From the NCBI GenBank assembly GCA_045106895.1, contig JBGCFM010000024.1:1-64000 (forward strand): a stretch of DNA of 64,000 bases. Reading direction: 5' to 3'. The notes beneath the pieces are model-generated. The model was not told where the DNA came from. It saw nothing but the letters and a program-made list of their open reading frames with translations, and did not search any database. Made by a program: the position numbers and the translations under genes. Position 1 is the first letter of the stretch, and each line of letters starts with the position of its first letter. The stretch is from Polyangiales bacterium (GTDB taxonomy: Bacteria; Myxococcota_A; Polyangia; Polyangiales; Houyiibacteriaceae). This document shows positions 1-8,258 of the stretch, piece after piece.

Positions 1-257
1 CGTCCAATCGCTTGTCTCTCTTGAATTTCAAGGCGTACGAAATTTCGTGTCTGTACGAGAACTCAAACTCACACCGCCAGCAAAGAACAGACGGCCACAA
101 CCAACTAATTTTCGGCGATCAAAAAGACGCCTCTCTTCCGCCGTTGCACACAGATAGGAATACGCCCCGACGACCTGACACATGCACCCGCATCGTATCG
201 CGTAAAGTTCCTGAGACGACCTTTGATCTCTGCTTCATTGATTGTTGGGAACTCAGA

Positions 258-1394
258 TCAGACGGGGACCATCCAGCCGAACTTGTCCTCCAGCTCTCCC
301 GCCTGCACGCCCCGGACCCTGTCGTACAAGGCCTGGCACACCGGCCCGGTCTCGTCCGACCCGCCGTTGATGCTAACGATCTGCCCGTTCGCGGGTGCGG
401 AGGACGCGGGGAAGTAGTCGATGAGCGTCGGCGGCGGCTCGCCGGATTTGCGTCCCGAGAGATGCCGCGAGTAGTTCTCGATGCCTTGGCAGAAGCCCAT
501 CTGCTCCAGCATCTCCAGGTCGAACATGGTGCGCTGCTCGAGGCGCTGGCGCTCCAGGAGCTTGTTCGCACCCTGGAGTTCTTGGAGGCGCTCGCGGAGC
601 TCGTCGCGGATGTCTTTGATGGCTCGGTTTCGGTGCTCTTCCGGCGTCACGTAGTGACTGCCGGGGAAGATGGCGTACTCGTCGAGCTCGCCGAGAACTT
701 CGCCTCGAAGCGGGTCTACCTCAGCGATGCGTTCGATCTCGTCTCCCCAAAACTCGATGCGCACGGCCTTGGCGTCGGAGTCGGCGGGAAAGATCTCCAC
801 GGTGTCGCCGCGCACACGAAAGGTGCTTCGGTGAAAGTCGACGTCGTTTCGTTTGTACTGAATGTCAACGAGGTTTCGAAGGAGCCGCGCGCGCTCCATC
901 TCCTCGCCTTTCTTCAAGCGAATGGCCATGGACTGGTAGGACTCGGAGCTGCCGATGCCGTAGATGCAGCTGACGCTGGAGACGATGATCACGTCGCGGC
1001 GGCTGAGGAGCGAGCGCGTCGCCGAGTGACGCATGCGGTCGATGGCGTCGTTGACGATGGCGTCCTTCTCGATGAACGTGTCCGACCCTGGGATGTACGC
1101 CTCGGGCTGGTAGTAGTCGTAGTAGCTGACGAAGTACTCGACGGCGTTGTTGGGGAAGAGCTCCTTCAGCTCCGAGTAGAGCTGCGCCGCCAAGGTCTTG
1201 TTCGGCGCCATGACGAGCGCCGGGCGCTGCGTATTGGCGATGACATTGGCGACGGTGAATGTCTTGCCGCTGCCCGTGATACCGAGGAGCGTCTGATGCT
1301 TGTCTCCAGCTTCGACGCCCGCCGTCAGCTCTTTGATGGCGGTGGGCTGGTCGCCCTTGGGCGAGTACTTGGAGACGAGTTCGAAGGTATCCAC
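258..1394 (-). pseudogene. uvrB: UvrB N-terminal ~330 aa, truncated and running in frame into ~40 aa resembling a branched-chain aminotransferase C-terminus (probable chimera)
   Basis: Walker [32 protein letters not shown] and GIENYSRHL are UvrB motifs. Similarity stops after [10 protein letters not shown] (~408); motif II DESH and the C-terminal half are absent. Confidence 0.9.
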
Positions 1395-1502
1395 GGGCGA
1401 AGTATAGGGCCCAGGTGAGACGCTCGCCGCTGAGAGTTCGGAGCTGGACTTCCCGGACCGACCCGTTGAGCTTGAGCCTGAGGGAATGGACGCGACTTAG
1501 AG

Positions 1503-2072
1503 ATGAGTTGGGCAAGCGTGCGCCAACGATCTGTGGTCTTCCTACTCGCCCTCGGGCTCGCCGCCTTCGCGGGCTGTGGTTACCTGCGTGCGCAAACGAC
1601 GCTTCCCCATGGAACGCGTATCGACCGCCTCCTCGTCGACAAGAGCGAGGGGCGAATGTGGGCGTATGACGGAGACCAGGAAGTCGCCGTGTACCGCGTC
1701 GCCGTGGGACGTGGCGGCCTTGGCCCAAAGCGCTGGGAAGGTGACGGGCGAACGCCGGAAGGCACCTACCGCATCGATGAACGCCACCGCTCCGAGAACT
1801 TCCACCGCTTCCTCCACGTCTCGTATCCAGCGGCGGCGGACCGACGTCGCTACCGCGCACTCCGGGCCCAGGATGAGGTGCCTCGAGAAGGGGGTCGCCC
1901 GGTGGGAATCGGCGGCGCCATTGGCATACATGGCACCGGAGACGGCTTCTTTCGTCGCACCTTTGGACGAAGCCTCAACCGCACTCTGGGCTGCATCATG
2001 GTGAGCAACGCGGAGGCGATCCAGCTCTACACCGCCGTGGTTCCCGGAGCGAGCATCGAAATTCGCGAGTGA
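1503..2072 (+). CDS. L,D-transpeptidase (YkuD family) lipoprotein
   Basis: Signal/lipobox FAGC, GDGRTPEGTY, catalytic GIHG...TLGCI. Confidence 0.85.
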   Translation: MSWASVRQRSVVFLLALGLAAFAGCGYLRAQTTLPHGTRIDRLLVDKSEGRMWAYDGDQEVAVYRVAVGRGGLGPKRWEGDGRTPEGTYRIDERHRSENFHRFLHVSYPAAADRRRYRALRAQDEVPREGGRPVGIGGAIGIHGTGDGFFRRTFGRSLNRTLGCIMVSNAEAIQLYTAVVPGASIEIRE

Positions 2073-2117
2073 GAAGAAAGCGCCCAAGGATCGCCGCAAG
2101 CTTCACGTCGGAGGGGC

Positions 2118-2654
2118 ATGGGTTACCGCATCGACGAGCACTGCAACGAAGACTGGGAGGCGATGCAGCCGGATGAGCGAGGACGTTTTTGTCAGCGCTG
2201 TCAGCACTCCGTCATCGACGCGACGCAGATGACCAAGGGAGAGTTCGAGTCGCTCTTCAACGAGGCAAAGGGTGAGCTCTGCGTTCAGTTTCGCGCCAAC
2301 CCTATGGGCGACGGGGTGTTCCGCCGAGACCCGGTGAAGCCGCGGCCGCTCGGCTCCTTTGTGCTTCTGTCGACGCTCCTGGCCAGCGCCTGCGGCACAG
2401 AGCCGCCCGCGGAGCCCGCGCCTCTTGTCGCGCCGGGTTGCCAGCTCGTGGAAGACAAGACGCCGCCGGCCGCGCCCGAAAGCGATGCGGCCATCGACGC
2501 CGGCGTTGATGCCGGTGATGCCGCAGCCGATGTGGAAGCGGTCGCGCCCGCCCAGATCCAGCCCGCTCCGCGGCCTCCCATTCGTCGAGGACGCCCACGG
2601 CACTTTCACCCCCGAGAGAACTCCCCACAGGCGCCAGAGTTGAATGAGTTCTAG
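2118..2654 (+). CDS. hypothetical protein with N-terminal Cys-rich motif, hydrophobic segment and low-complexity tail
   Basis: CNEDWEAM...GRFCQRCQHSVID...GELCVQF, then LLSTLLASAC and a DAG-rich linker. Confidence 0.6.
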   Translation: MGYRIDEHCNEDWEAMQPDERGRFCQRCQHSVIDATQMTKGEFESLFNEAKGELCVQFRANPMGDGVFRRDPVKPRPLGSFVLLSTLLASACGTEPPAEPAPLVAPGCQLVEDKTPPAAPESDAAIDAGVDAGDAAADVEAVAPAQIQPAPRPPIRRGRPRHFHPRENSPQAPELNEF

Positions 2655-3727
2655 GCGTTCTCTTTCGCAAAACGCGCCATGAAGCTCGCGAGTTTCTCGA
2701 CGTGTTCGAGGGGCATCGCGTTGTACATGCTCACACGAATGCCGCCGACGCTGCGGTGACCCTTGAGGTTCACCATTCCTTCGGCTTCCGCCTCACGAAT
2801 AAAGCGTGTCGTCAGCTCATCACTGGGGAGTTGGAAGACCGCGTTCATGAGTGAGCGCGACGCAGCCTCGACGGGGCATCGGTAGAATGCCGGATGAGCG
2901 TCGACGACGCCGTACAAGCGCGCGCCCTTCGCGATGTTCTGTTCGCCCATCGTCGCCGCGCCGCCATTGTCTTCGAGCCATTTTAGGACCTTGCCGACCA
3001 TGTAGATGGCGAACGTCGGAGGCGTGTTTCCGAGTGAGTCTTTCTCCGCGAAGAACGCGTAGCGGAAGATGTCTGGGATCGTCTTGTCCGCTTGTTCGAG
3101 GAAGTCCTTCCGGACGACGACGATGGTCACACCCGCGGGCCCCAAGTTCTTCTGCGCACCGGCGTAGGCCAGCGAGACCTCGGCGAGGTCCATCGGCTTG
3201 TGCAAGATGTCACTGGAGATGTCGACGACGAGGGGGGCTTTGGTCTTCGGAAAGCGCGCATACTGCGCGCCGCACACGGTGGCGTTGGAGGTGAGGTGCA
3301 CGTAGCGGGCGTCGGCAGATTCGTCGATCTCCGTAGGCGCTCGCACGACGACATCCTCTTGCCGGCCGCTCGCCGCCCAGCGGGGCTCGCCGTAATGTTT
3401 CGCCGCGTTGAAAGCCTTCTTCGACCACACGCCGGTGTCGATATAGTCCGCTGTGCCGCCCTGGAGATAGTTCATCGGAAGCAAGGCAAACTGCGTTGAG
3501 GCGCCGCCCGTCATGAAGAGAACTTCGTGCGTGTCGCCACAACCGAGGAGTCGCGTTAGGCGCGCCTTGCATTCGGCGTGCACCGCGCTGTAGGAGGCGC
3601 CGCGATGGGAGTGCTCCAGCATGGAGATTCCGCTTTCCTGATACTCGAGAAGCTCAGACTTGGCTTCTTCAAGAACGCGGAGCGGGAGGGTGCCCGGGCC
3701 GGGCGAAAAGTTGATGGTGCGCGCCAT
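2651..3727 (-). CDS. serC: phosphoserine aminotransferase
   Basis: MARTINFSPGP, SHRG, GGASTQF, PLP Lys in AGAQKNLGPAG, KGHRSVGGIRVSMYNA. Start set at ATG 3727. Confidence 0.96.
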   Translation of the reverse strand: MARTINFSPGPGTLPLRVLEEAKSELLEYQESGISMLEHSHRGASYSAVHAECKARLTRLLGCGDTHEVLFMTGGASTQFALLPMNYLQGGTADYIDTGVWSKKAFNAAKHYGEPRWAASGRQEDVVVRAPTEIDESADARYVHLTSNATVCGAQYARFPKTKAPLVVDISSDILHKPMDLAEVSLAYAGAQKNLGPAGVTIVVVRKDFLEQADKTIPDIFRYAFFAEKDSLGNTPPTFAIYMVGKVLKWLEDNGGAATMGEQNIAKGARLYGVVDAHPAFYRCPVEAASRSLMNAVFQLPSDELTTRFIREAEAEGMVNLKGHRSVGGIRVSMYNAMPLEHVEKLASFMARFAKENA

Positions 3728-3768
3728 GGCGACATCGTGGCGCCGAGGGACCAGGCGCACAAGGCAGA

Positions 3769-4425
3769 CTATTCGGCGGTCACGAAGTCGACGCTGGCGA
3801 GCGATAGGTGAGTCTCGTCGCTCAGGATCAAAGTCTCGGTCAAAGACTCGGCGATTGCGTCGCCGGAGGCGTTGAGCGCTTGCCAATAGTTCGTGAAGCT
3901 CTGGTTTCGTGGCACCCGCGGCGCGCTCATGTCTTCGCGTCCATCGAAGCTGCCTTGAGCGCAGGGAAAGTCGCGCCGGAAGAAGTTTGCGCCGGGTCGA
4001 TCGACGATGAGACGTACCTGCACGATGCCGGCGGACGAGCAGGACGCGGCGGTGGCCGCGACGCCGTTGACGAGCCAGCTGGCGTCGAGGGTTCCTTGGT
4101 CTTCGAGCTCGCATCCGAGTCCGTCGACGTTGGCGTTGGCGGCGGTGTCTGGACAACGGTCCATGTCGTTGAGGACGCCGTCGTTGTCTCCGTCCACGGT
4201 GGAGCAGCCGTCCACGTCGACGGCCTCGCCGGGGGCCGTGGATGGGCAAAGATCCATCACCCCAACCACGCCGTCCATGTCGTCGTCGGCGGAACCTGCA
4301 TCGTTGCCCGGGCCGCTGTCGAGAGCCGGAACATCCGGCGTGACGGACGCATCGCCGGAGCGACGGGTGTCTTCGGTGCAGGCGCTCAGAGCGAGGGCGA
4401 ATAGGAAGCTGGCGAAGGGTTTCAT
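3769..4425 (-). CDS. lipoprotein with thrombospondin type-3-like Ca-binding repeats
   Basis: Lipobox LSAC; repeats DDDMDGV...DLCPST...VDVDGC and DGDNDGVLNDMDRCPDT...VDGLGC. Confidence 0.75.
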   Translation of the reverse strand: MKPFASFLFALALSACTEDTRRSGDASVTPDVPALDSGPGNDAGSADDDMDGVVGVMDLCPSTAPGEAVDVDGCSTVDGDNDGVLNDMDRCPDTAANANVDGLGCELEDQGTLDASWLVNGVAATAASCSSAGIVQVRLIVDRPGANFFRRDFPCAQGSFDGREDMSAPRVPRNQSFTNYWQALNASGDAIAESLTETLILSDETHLSLASVDFVTAE

Positions 4426-4438
4426 TTGGCGTTTCCAA

Positions 4439-4476
4439 TTGGAAATGCGCGCCGCAATTTGCGACGCGCATTCCAA
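4439..4476 (-). terminator. hairpin immediately downstream of the tRNA (probable terminator or processing stem)
   Basis: Imperfect inverted repeat TTGGAAATGCGCGCCGCAA / TTGCGACGCGCATTCCAA. Confidence 0.5.
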
Positions 4477-4480
4477 GATT

Positions 4481-4556
4481 TGGTGGAGCTACAGGGGATC
4501 GAACCCTGGACCTCGTGAGTGCGATTCACGCGCTCTCCCAACTGAGCTACAGCCCC
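4481..4556 (-). tRNA. tRNA-Ala (anticodon CGC)
   Basis: Reverse complement GGGGCTGTAGCTCAGTTGGGAGAGCGCGTGAATCGCACTCACGAGGTCCAGGGTTCGATCCCCTGTAGCTCCACCA: 76 nt, G3:U70 identity pair, TTCGA T-loop, encoded CCA. Confidence 0.97.
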
Positions 4557-4567
4557 GAATCGCCGGA

Positions 4568-4595
4568 AATATACACCGGGTGAGGCTTCAAGCAA
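4568..4595 (-). promoter_or_regulatory. sigma70-type promoter of tRNA-Ala
   Basis: Minus strand TTGCTT-N16-TATATT, 11 nt upstream of the mature tRNA 5' end. Confidence 0.55.
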
Positions 4596-4596
4596 G

Positions 4597-4672
4597 CGGT
4601 GAGTCTACACGGGAACTCACCCGGAACCTCGTGAGTGCGATTCATCCGCTCGCCCAACTCAGCTACCGCCCG
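4597..4672 (-). pseudogene. degenerate tandem copy of tRNA-Ala(CGC)
   Basis: Ungapped alignment to 4481-4556 gives 60/76 identities. The anticodon region is near identical; T-loop and CCA end are destroyed. Confidence 0.85.
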
Positions 4673-4733
4673 GAGTTTCTTCGTTTCGGCTGTTTTGATG
4701 ATTTTCCCGGGCGCTCGTGCAAAGGTCCGCGCC

Positions 4734-5897
4734 ATGGAACGTGTGGACTACTATCTCATCGACGACGAACTTCATGAAGACGAGCGACTCGTCCGGGACA
4801 ACGTCCGTGGGTTCGTCGACGCGAAACTGATGCCCATCGTCGCGGGTCACTACCAGGCCGGGACGTTTCCCCTCGAGCTGATCCCTCAGTTCGGCGAGCT
4901 GGGCCTCCTCGGGGCCAACCTCGAAGGCTACGGCTGCGCGGGCATGGGCTCTGTGGCCTACGGCCTCGCCATGCAGGAGCTCGAGCGCTGCGACAGCGGG
5001 ATCCGTTCTTTCGCGTCGGTTCAGGGCGCGCTCTGCATGTACCCAATCCACGCCTTCGGCTCCGAAGAGCAGAAGGAGAAGTACCTACCCGGGATGGCTG
5101 CGGGCGAGATCATCGGCTGTTTCGGGCTCACGGAGCCTGACTTTGGTTCAAACCCCTCCGGGATGATCACAAAGGCCGAGAAGCTGCCCAACGGCGGATA
5201 TCGCCTAAACGGCACGAAACGGTGGATTACCAACGGAAACCTGGCTCACATCGCCATTGTGTGGGCCAAACTTGACGGAAGAGTCCACGGATTCATCGTA
5301 CCCACCGAGACGCCTGGCTTCACGGCGATGAAAATCGACGACAAATGGTCTCTTCGCGCCAGCGTGACCAGTGAGCTCATCCTCGAAGACGTCGAAGTGA
5401 GCGCCGACGCAATTCTTCCAGGTGTTGCCGGCATGCGTGGGCCGCTCTCATGCTTATCGCAGGCCCGCTACGGCATCTGCTGGGGCGCCATCGGCGCGGC
5501 CATCGGCTGCTACGAGTCCGCGTTGGACTACGCCAAGAGCCGCGTTCAGTTCTCGCGTCCCATCGCGGGCTACCAGCTCGTTCAGCAGAAGCTCACGCAC
5601 ATGATCACGGAGATCACGAAGGCTCAATGCCTGACGCTGCGACTGGGACGCCTCAAGGAGGCGGGCAAGATTCGCCCGGCTCAGATTTCTATGGCGAAAC
5701 GAAACAACGTGCATCACGCCCTCGAGATCGCCCGTATGGCCCGCGATGTATTGGGCGGAAACGGCATCATGTACGAGTACCCACCGGGGCGTCACATGAT
5801 GAACCTGGAGACAGTGTCCACGTACGAAGGCACACATGACATCCACACGCTCATCGTGGGCCAGGATGTGACCGGGCTCGCTGCCTTCGACGGCTGA
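4734..5897 (+). CDS. acyl-CoA dehydrogenase, glutaryl-CoA dehydrogenase-like
   Basis: ELERCDSGIRSFASVQ, IGCFGLTEPDFGSNP, WITNG, LGGNGI, TYEGTHDIHTLI. Confidence 0.9.
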   Translation: MERVDYYLIDDELHEDERLVRDNVRGFVDAKLMPIVAGHYQAGTFPLELIPQFGELGLLGANLEGYGCAGMGSVAYGLAMQELERCDSGIRSFASVQGALCMYPIHAFGSEEQKEKYLPGMAAGEIIGCFGLTEPDFGSNPSGMITKAEKLPNGGYRLNGTKRWITNGNLAHIAIVWAKLDGRVHGFIVPTETPGFTAMKIDDKWSLRASVTSELILEDVEVSADAILPGVAGMRGPLSCLSQARYGICWGAIGAAIGCYESALDYAKSRVQFSRPIAGYQLVQQKLTHMITEITKAQCLTLRLGRLKEAGKIRPAQISMAKRNNVHHALEIARMARDVLGGNGIMYEYPPGRHMMNLETVSTYEGTHDIHTLIVGQDVTGLAAFDG

Positions 5898-5965
5898 ACG
5901 ACGAACTCCGAACTGGGAGCGAACGGTGGCGTCCAACGGGGTGCCACATGTCGTATCGTGGGTAC

Positions 5966-6198
5966 TGGTCCGCGGAGCGTTTGTCGGGCGTCGTTTGGTG
6001 CTTGCGCAGCACACGGATTTTTCGATTCTCAACGGGGGCGACTCGGCTACGCCGGCGTGATGTCGGAGCCAGTCGAGTTGACGTCAGAATCTGACCGCAA
6101 CTTCGATACATCGGTCTGACTCACGAGCGGGCCAATTCGGGGCCCCTCCGTCACCAAGCTGAGCAACTAATTAACACCCGACGTGTCGCAAGTGACAC
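5966..6198 (+). ncRNA. candidate structured non-coding RNA (family not identified)
   Basis: 300-bp gap between convergent genes. Long closing stem (5983-6004 with 6160-6182) encloses several hairpins; a TATCGT -10-like box lies at 5954-5959. Confidence 0.3.
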
Positions 6199-6824
6199 TA
6201 TGCGATAAGCGCCAGAATCTCTTCTGCGCGTTCGTCGATGTGTCCTTCGGATTCATGTGAAACGACCACGATAGGGACGTCGCTATGCTCAGCCAAGATC
6301 TTGAGGTTGAACTCTCGGCTCGCGTCACCGGGGAGACCCTGATTCAGGACGATCGCCTGAATGGGGAGCGAGTAGCTCCGTGCCGCCTCGAGCGTCGCGA
6401 GGGTGTGGCTGAGAGTTCCAAGGCCATCGTAGGTCACGAGTACAATCGGCAGGCCGAGCTTCACGGCGAGGTCCGCGAAGAGCTGACCTGATGCGATCGG
6501 AACAAAGAGGCCTCCTGCGCTCTCAACCACCGCATGTTCACAGCGAGTGAGCTCGTCGCGGATCTGCTCAGCGATGGTGGAGATCGTTGGCACTTCGTCG
6601 AAGGCAGCCGGTGCCAGCGGCGCGGCGGCGCGGAAGTAGGGATGAACGCAAGGTTGGCCAGCAGCCTGGGCAAGCATCTCAGCATCATGCGCGCGCTCGA
6701 TGACTCCGGTCTCGTAGGGCTTGATTCCCTTCGTGGGGCCACGTTTGGCCAACGCTCGGGCCAAGGCACATGAGACCACGGTTTTTCCAACCTCGGTTCC
6801 GGTTCCGCTAACGATCAACTGCAT
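6198..6824 (-). CDS. bioD: dethiobiotin synthase
   Basis: GTGTEVGKT P-loop, KPYETG, VESAGGLFVP, LGTLSHT. Confidence 0.93.
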   Translation of the reverse strand: MQLIVSGTGTEVGKTVVSCALARALAKRGPTKGIKPYETGVIERAHDAEMLAQAAGQPCVHPYFRAAAPLAPAAFDEVPTISTIAEQIRDELTRCEHAVVESAGGLFVPIASGQLFADLAVKLGLPIVLVTYDGLGTLSHTLATLEAARSYSLPIQAIVLNQGLPGDASREFNLKILAEHSDVPIVVVSHESEGHIDERAEEILALIA

Positions 6825-7948
6825 AAGATGTCTTTGAGGGCGTCGATGAGCCCCGCTACTTGGGATTCCGAGTGCGCCGCGGTTGTCACGATGCGAATGC
6901 GGCTGGTGCCGACGGGAACAGTAGGAGGTCGGATGGCGCGCGCAAGGTAGCCCATAGATAGAAGCCGGTTGGCTACGTTTGTGGCCGCGCCAGCCTCGCC
7001 GATGACGACGCTTGAGATGGCGGCGCCTTCTCCTCGTACATCTAGCCCCAGAGCACGAAGGCCGGTGCGCAGTTGATTGGCGAGGCGAAGAGCCTTCGCG
7101 CGACCCTCGTGATTCTCTAAGATCTGAGTGAGTCGCTGGAGTGTTGCACGTGAAACGTATGGGCTAAGGCCGGTGGAGAAGACGAAGCTCCGCGCTCGAT
7201 GGATCAACCATTCGCGAAGCACACGACTGCCCGCTGTAAACGCGCCTTGCGTGGCGAAGGACTTGCCGAGAGTGCCAAGCAGGACATCCGGGACCACGCC
7301 GGCTTCTGCGCAAAGCCCAGCTCCGCCCTCCCCGAGGAGGCCAAGACTGTGGGCTTCGTCGATGTAGAGCCAGGTGTCGTGGGCCTTACTCAGGGCGGAA
7401 AGTCGGGAAACATCCGCGAGGTCACCATCCATCGAAAAGACAGCCTCGGAGATGATCAGCGCCCGACGGTGCTCTGGTCGGTGGGCTTTAAGTGCGTTCT
7501 CGAGCGAGCAAACATCGTTGTGTGGGTAGATCACCACCTGGGCCCCGCTGAGTCTGGCTCCGTCGATGAGGCTGGCATGGTTGAGCTTGTCGCTGAAGAT
7601 GACGTCCCTCGGCCCTACGAGGGCCGGAATCACCCCGACATTGGCAGCAAAGCCAGAGCTAAAGAGCAAGGCAGCCTCCGCCCCAACAAAGCGAGCGAGT
7701 GCGGCTTCAAGCTCCTCATGAACAGACAGGTTCCCGACAACAAGGCGCGAGGCCAGCGCGCCCACGGGAGCGGAGAGCTCCAAAGGGACGTTCCCAAGGC
7801 CCAAATAGTCGTTCGAGGCGAAGCTCACGAGGGGCTGCCCGTCAATGTTCTGGACGGGGCCTGGCGAGTCCAGGACGAGCAGGTTCCGTTTCAAGCCTAG
7901 GCCTTCAAGGCCTGCAAGCTCCGCGACCAATGTCTCTTCGAGAGTCAC
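6815..7948 (-). CDS. bioF: 8-amino-7-oxononanoate synthase
   Basis: FASNDYLGL, SDKLNHASLIDG, VFSMDGD, DEAHS, GTLGKS, AIRPPTVP; overlaps bioD. Confidence 0.92.
   Translation of the reverse strand: MTLEETLVAELAGLEGLGLKRNLLVLDSPGPVQNIDGQPLVSFASNDYLGLGNVPLELSAPVGALASRLVVGNLSVHEELEAALARFVGAEAALLFSSGFAANVGVIPALVGPRDVIFSDKLNHASLIDGARLSGAQVVIYPHNDVCSLENALKAHRPEHRRALIISEAVFSMDGDLADVSRLSALSKAHDTWLYIDEAHSLGLLGEGGAGLCAEAGVVPDVLLGTLGKSFATQGAFTAGSRVLREWLIHRARSFVFSTGLSPYVSRATLQRLTQILENHEGRAKALRLANQLRTGLRALGLDVRGEGAAISSVVIGEAGAATNVANRLLSMGYLARAIRPPTVPVGTSRIRIVTTAAHSESQVAGLIDALKDILCS
7142..7157. promoter_or_regulatory. parS: parS site inside bioF
   Basis: TGTTGCACGTGAAACG versus consensus TGTTTCACGTGAAACA. 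Confidence 0.7.
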
Positions 7949-8004
7949 GCGCCCGTTGTGGCTGATTCCGGCGGAGGCGTCGAGGCTTCTGCTTACGTGA
8001 GGCC

Positions 8005-8257
8005 CGTTTCACGTGAAACAACACGCGCCAAGGCACTGTGCCCGAGTCTCCTGCAACAGGGCTCCCCATGGGACGCCTTCCGTTTCACGTGAAACACCCA
8101 GCCGAAACCGGAAGCCACCCAGGCCGGCACACCGTTGCACGTGAAACACACCACTGAAGGACAAAGAGGGAAGCTCAACCCACGGAAAGAAAAAGAGCCG
8201 GGAGTTTCACGTGAAACACCCCGGCTCTCCACCACGACTTGGGTTTCACGTGAAACG
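8005..8257. promoter_or_regulatory. parS: cluster of five chromosomal parS (ParB-binding) palindromes
   Basis: Sites at 8005-8020, 8081-8096, 8133-8148, 8203-8218 and 8242-8257. Four have the perfect core GTTTCACGTGAAAC; one is GTTGCACGTGAAAC. Confidence 0.93.
8186..8228 (-). terminator. intrinsic terminator downstream of the cbpA-like gene, with a parS site in the hairpin
   Basis: Minus strand AGAGCCGGGG-TGTTTCACGTGAAACT-CCCGGCTCT followed by TTTTCTTT. Confidence 0.65.
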
Positions 8258-8258
8258 T

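Noticed and set aside
12..1418. Long antisense ORFs (12-1418, 11217-12461, 39363-41015, 41740-43137, 60639-62111 and others)
   Set aside because: Shadow ORFs opposite well-supported genes, expected in high-GC DNA with strong codon bias
2651..4471. 606-aa SerC with a long N-terminal extension; similar extensions in 12670-14478 and 35283-36617
   Set aside because: The extensions are Arg-rich off-frame readings of neighbouring genes or intergenic DNA; true starts are downstream
4481..4672. tRNA-anchored genomic island with attL/attR
   Set aside because: No integrase or cargo, the copy lies on the 5' side only 40 bp away, and I found no further tRNA 3'-end repeat in the window
5898..6197. Possible oriC near the parS cluster
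   Set aside because: No DnaA-box cluster (TTATCCACA-like) or extended AT-rich unwinding element seen
4734..7948. Functional link between glutaryl-CoA dehydrogenase and biotin (pimelate) synthesis
   Set aside because: The genes are convergent and separately transcribed; adjacency alone is weak evidence
7993..8235. Short ORFs containing VSRET / FHVK peptides
   Set aside because: These are translations of the parS palindrome, not real proteins
8005..8257. Repeated palindromes with unique spacers resembling a CRISPR array
   Set aside because: Units are only 14-16 bp, spacing is irregular (39-76 bp start to start), they match the parS consensus, and no cas genes are present
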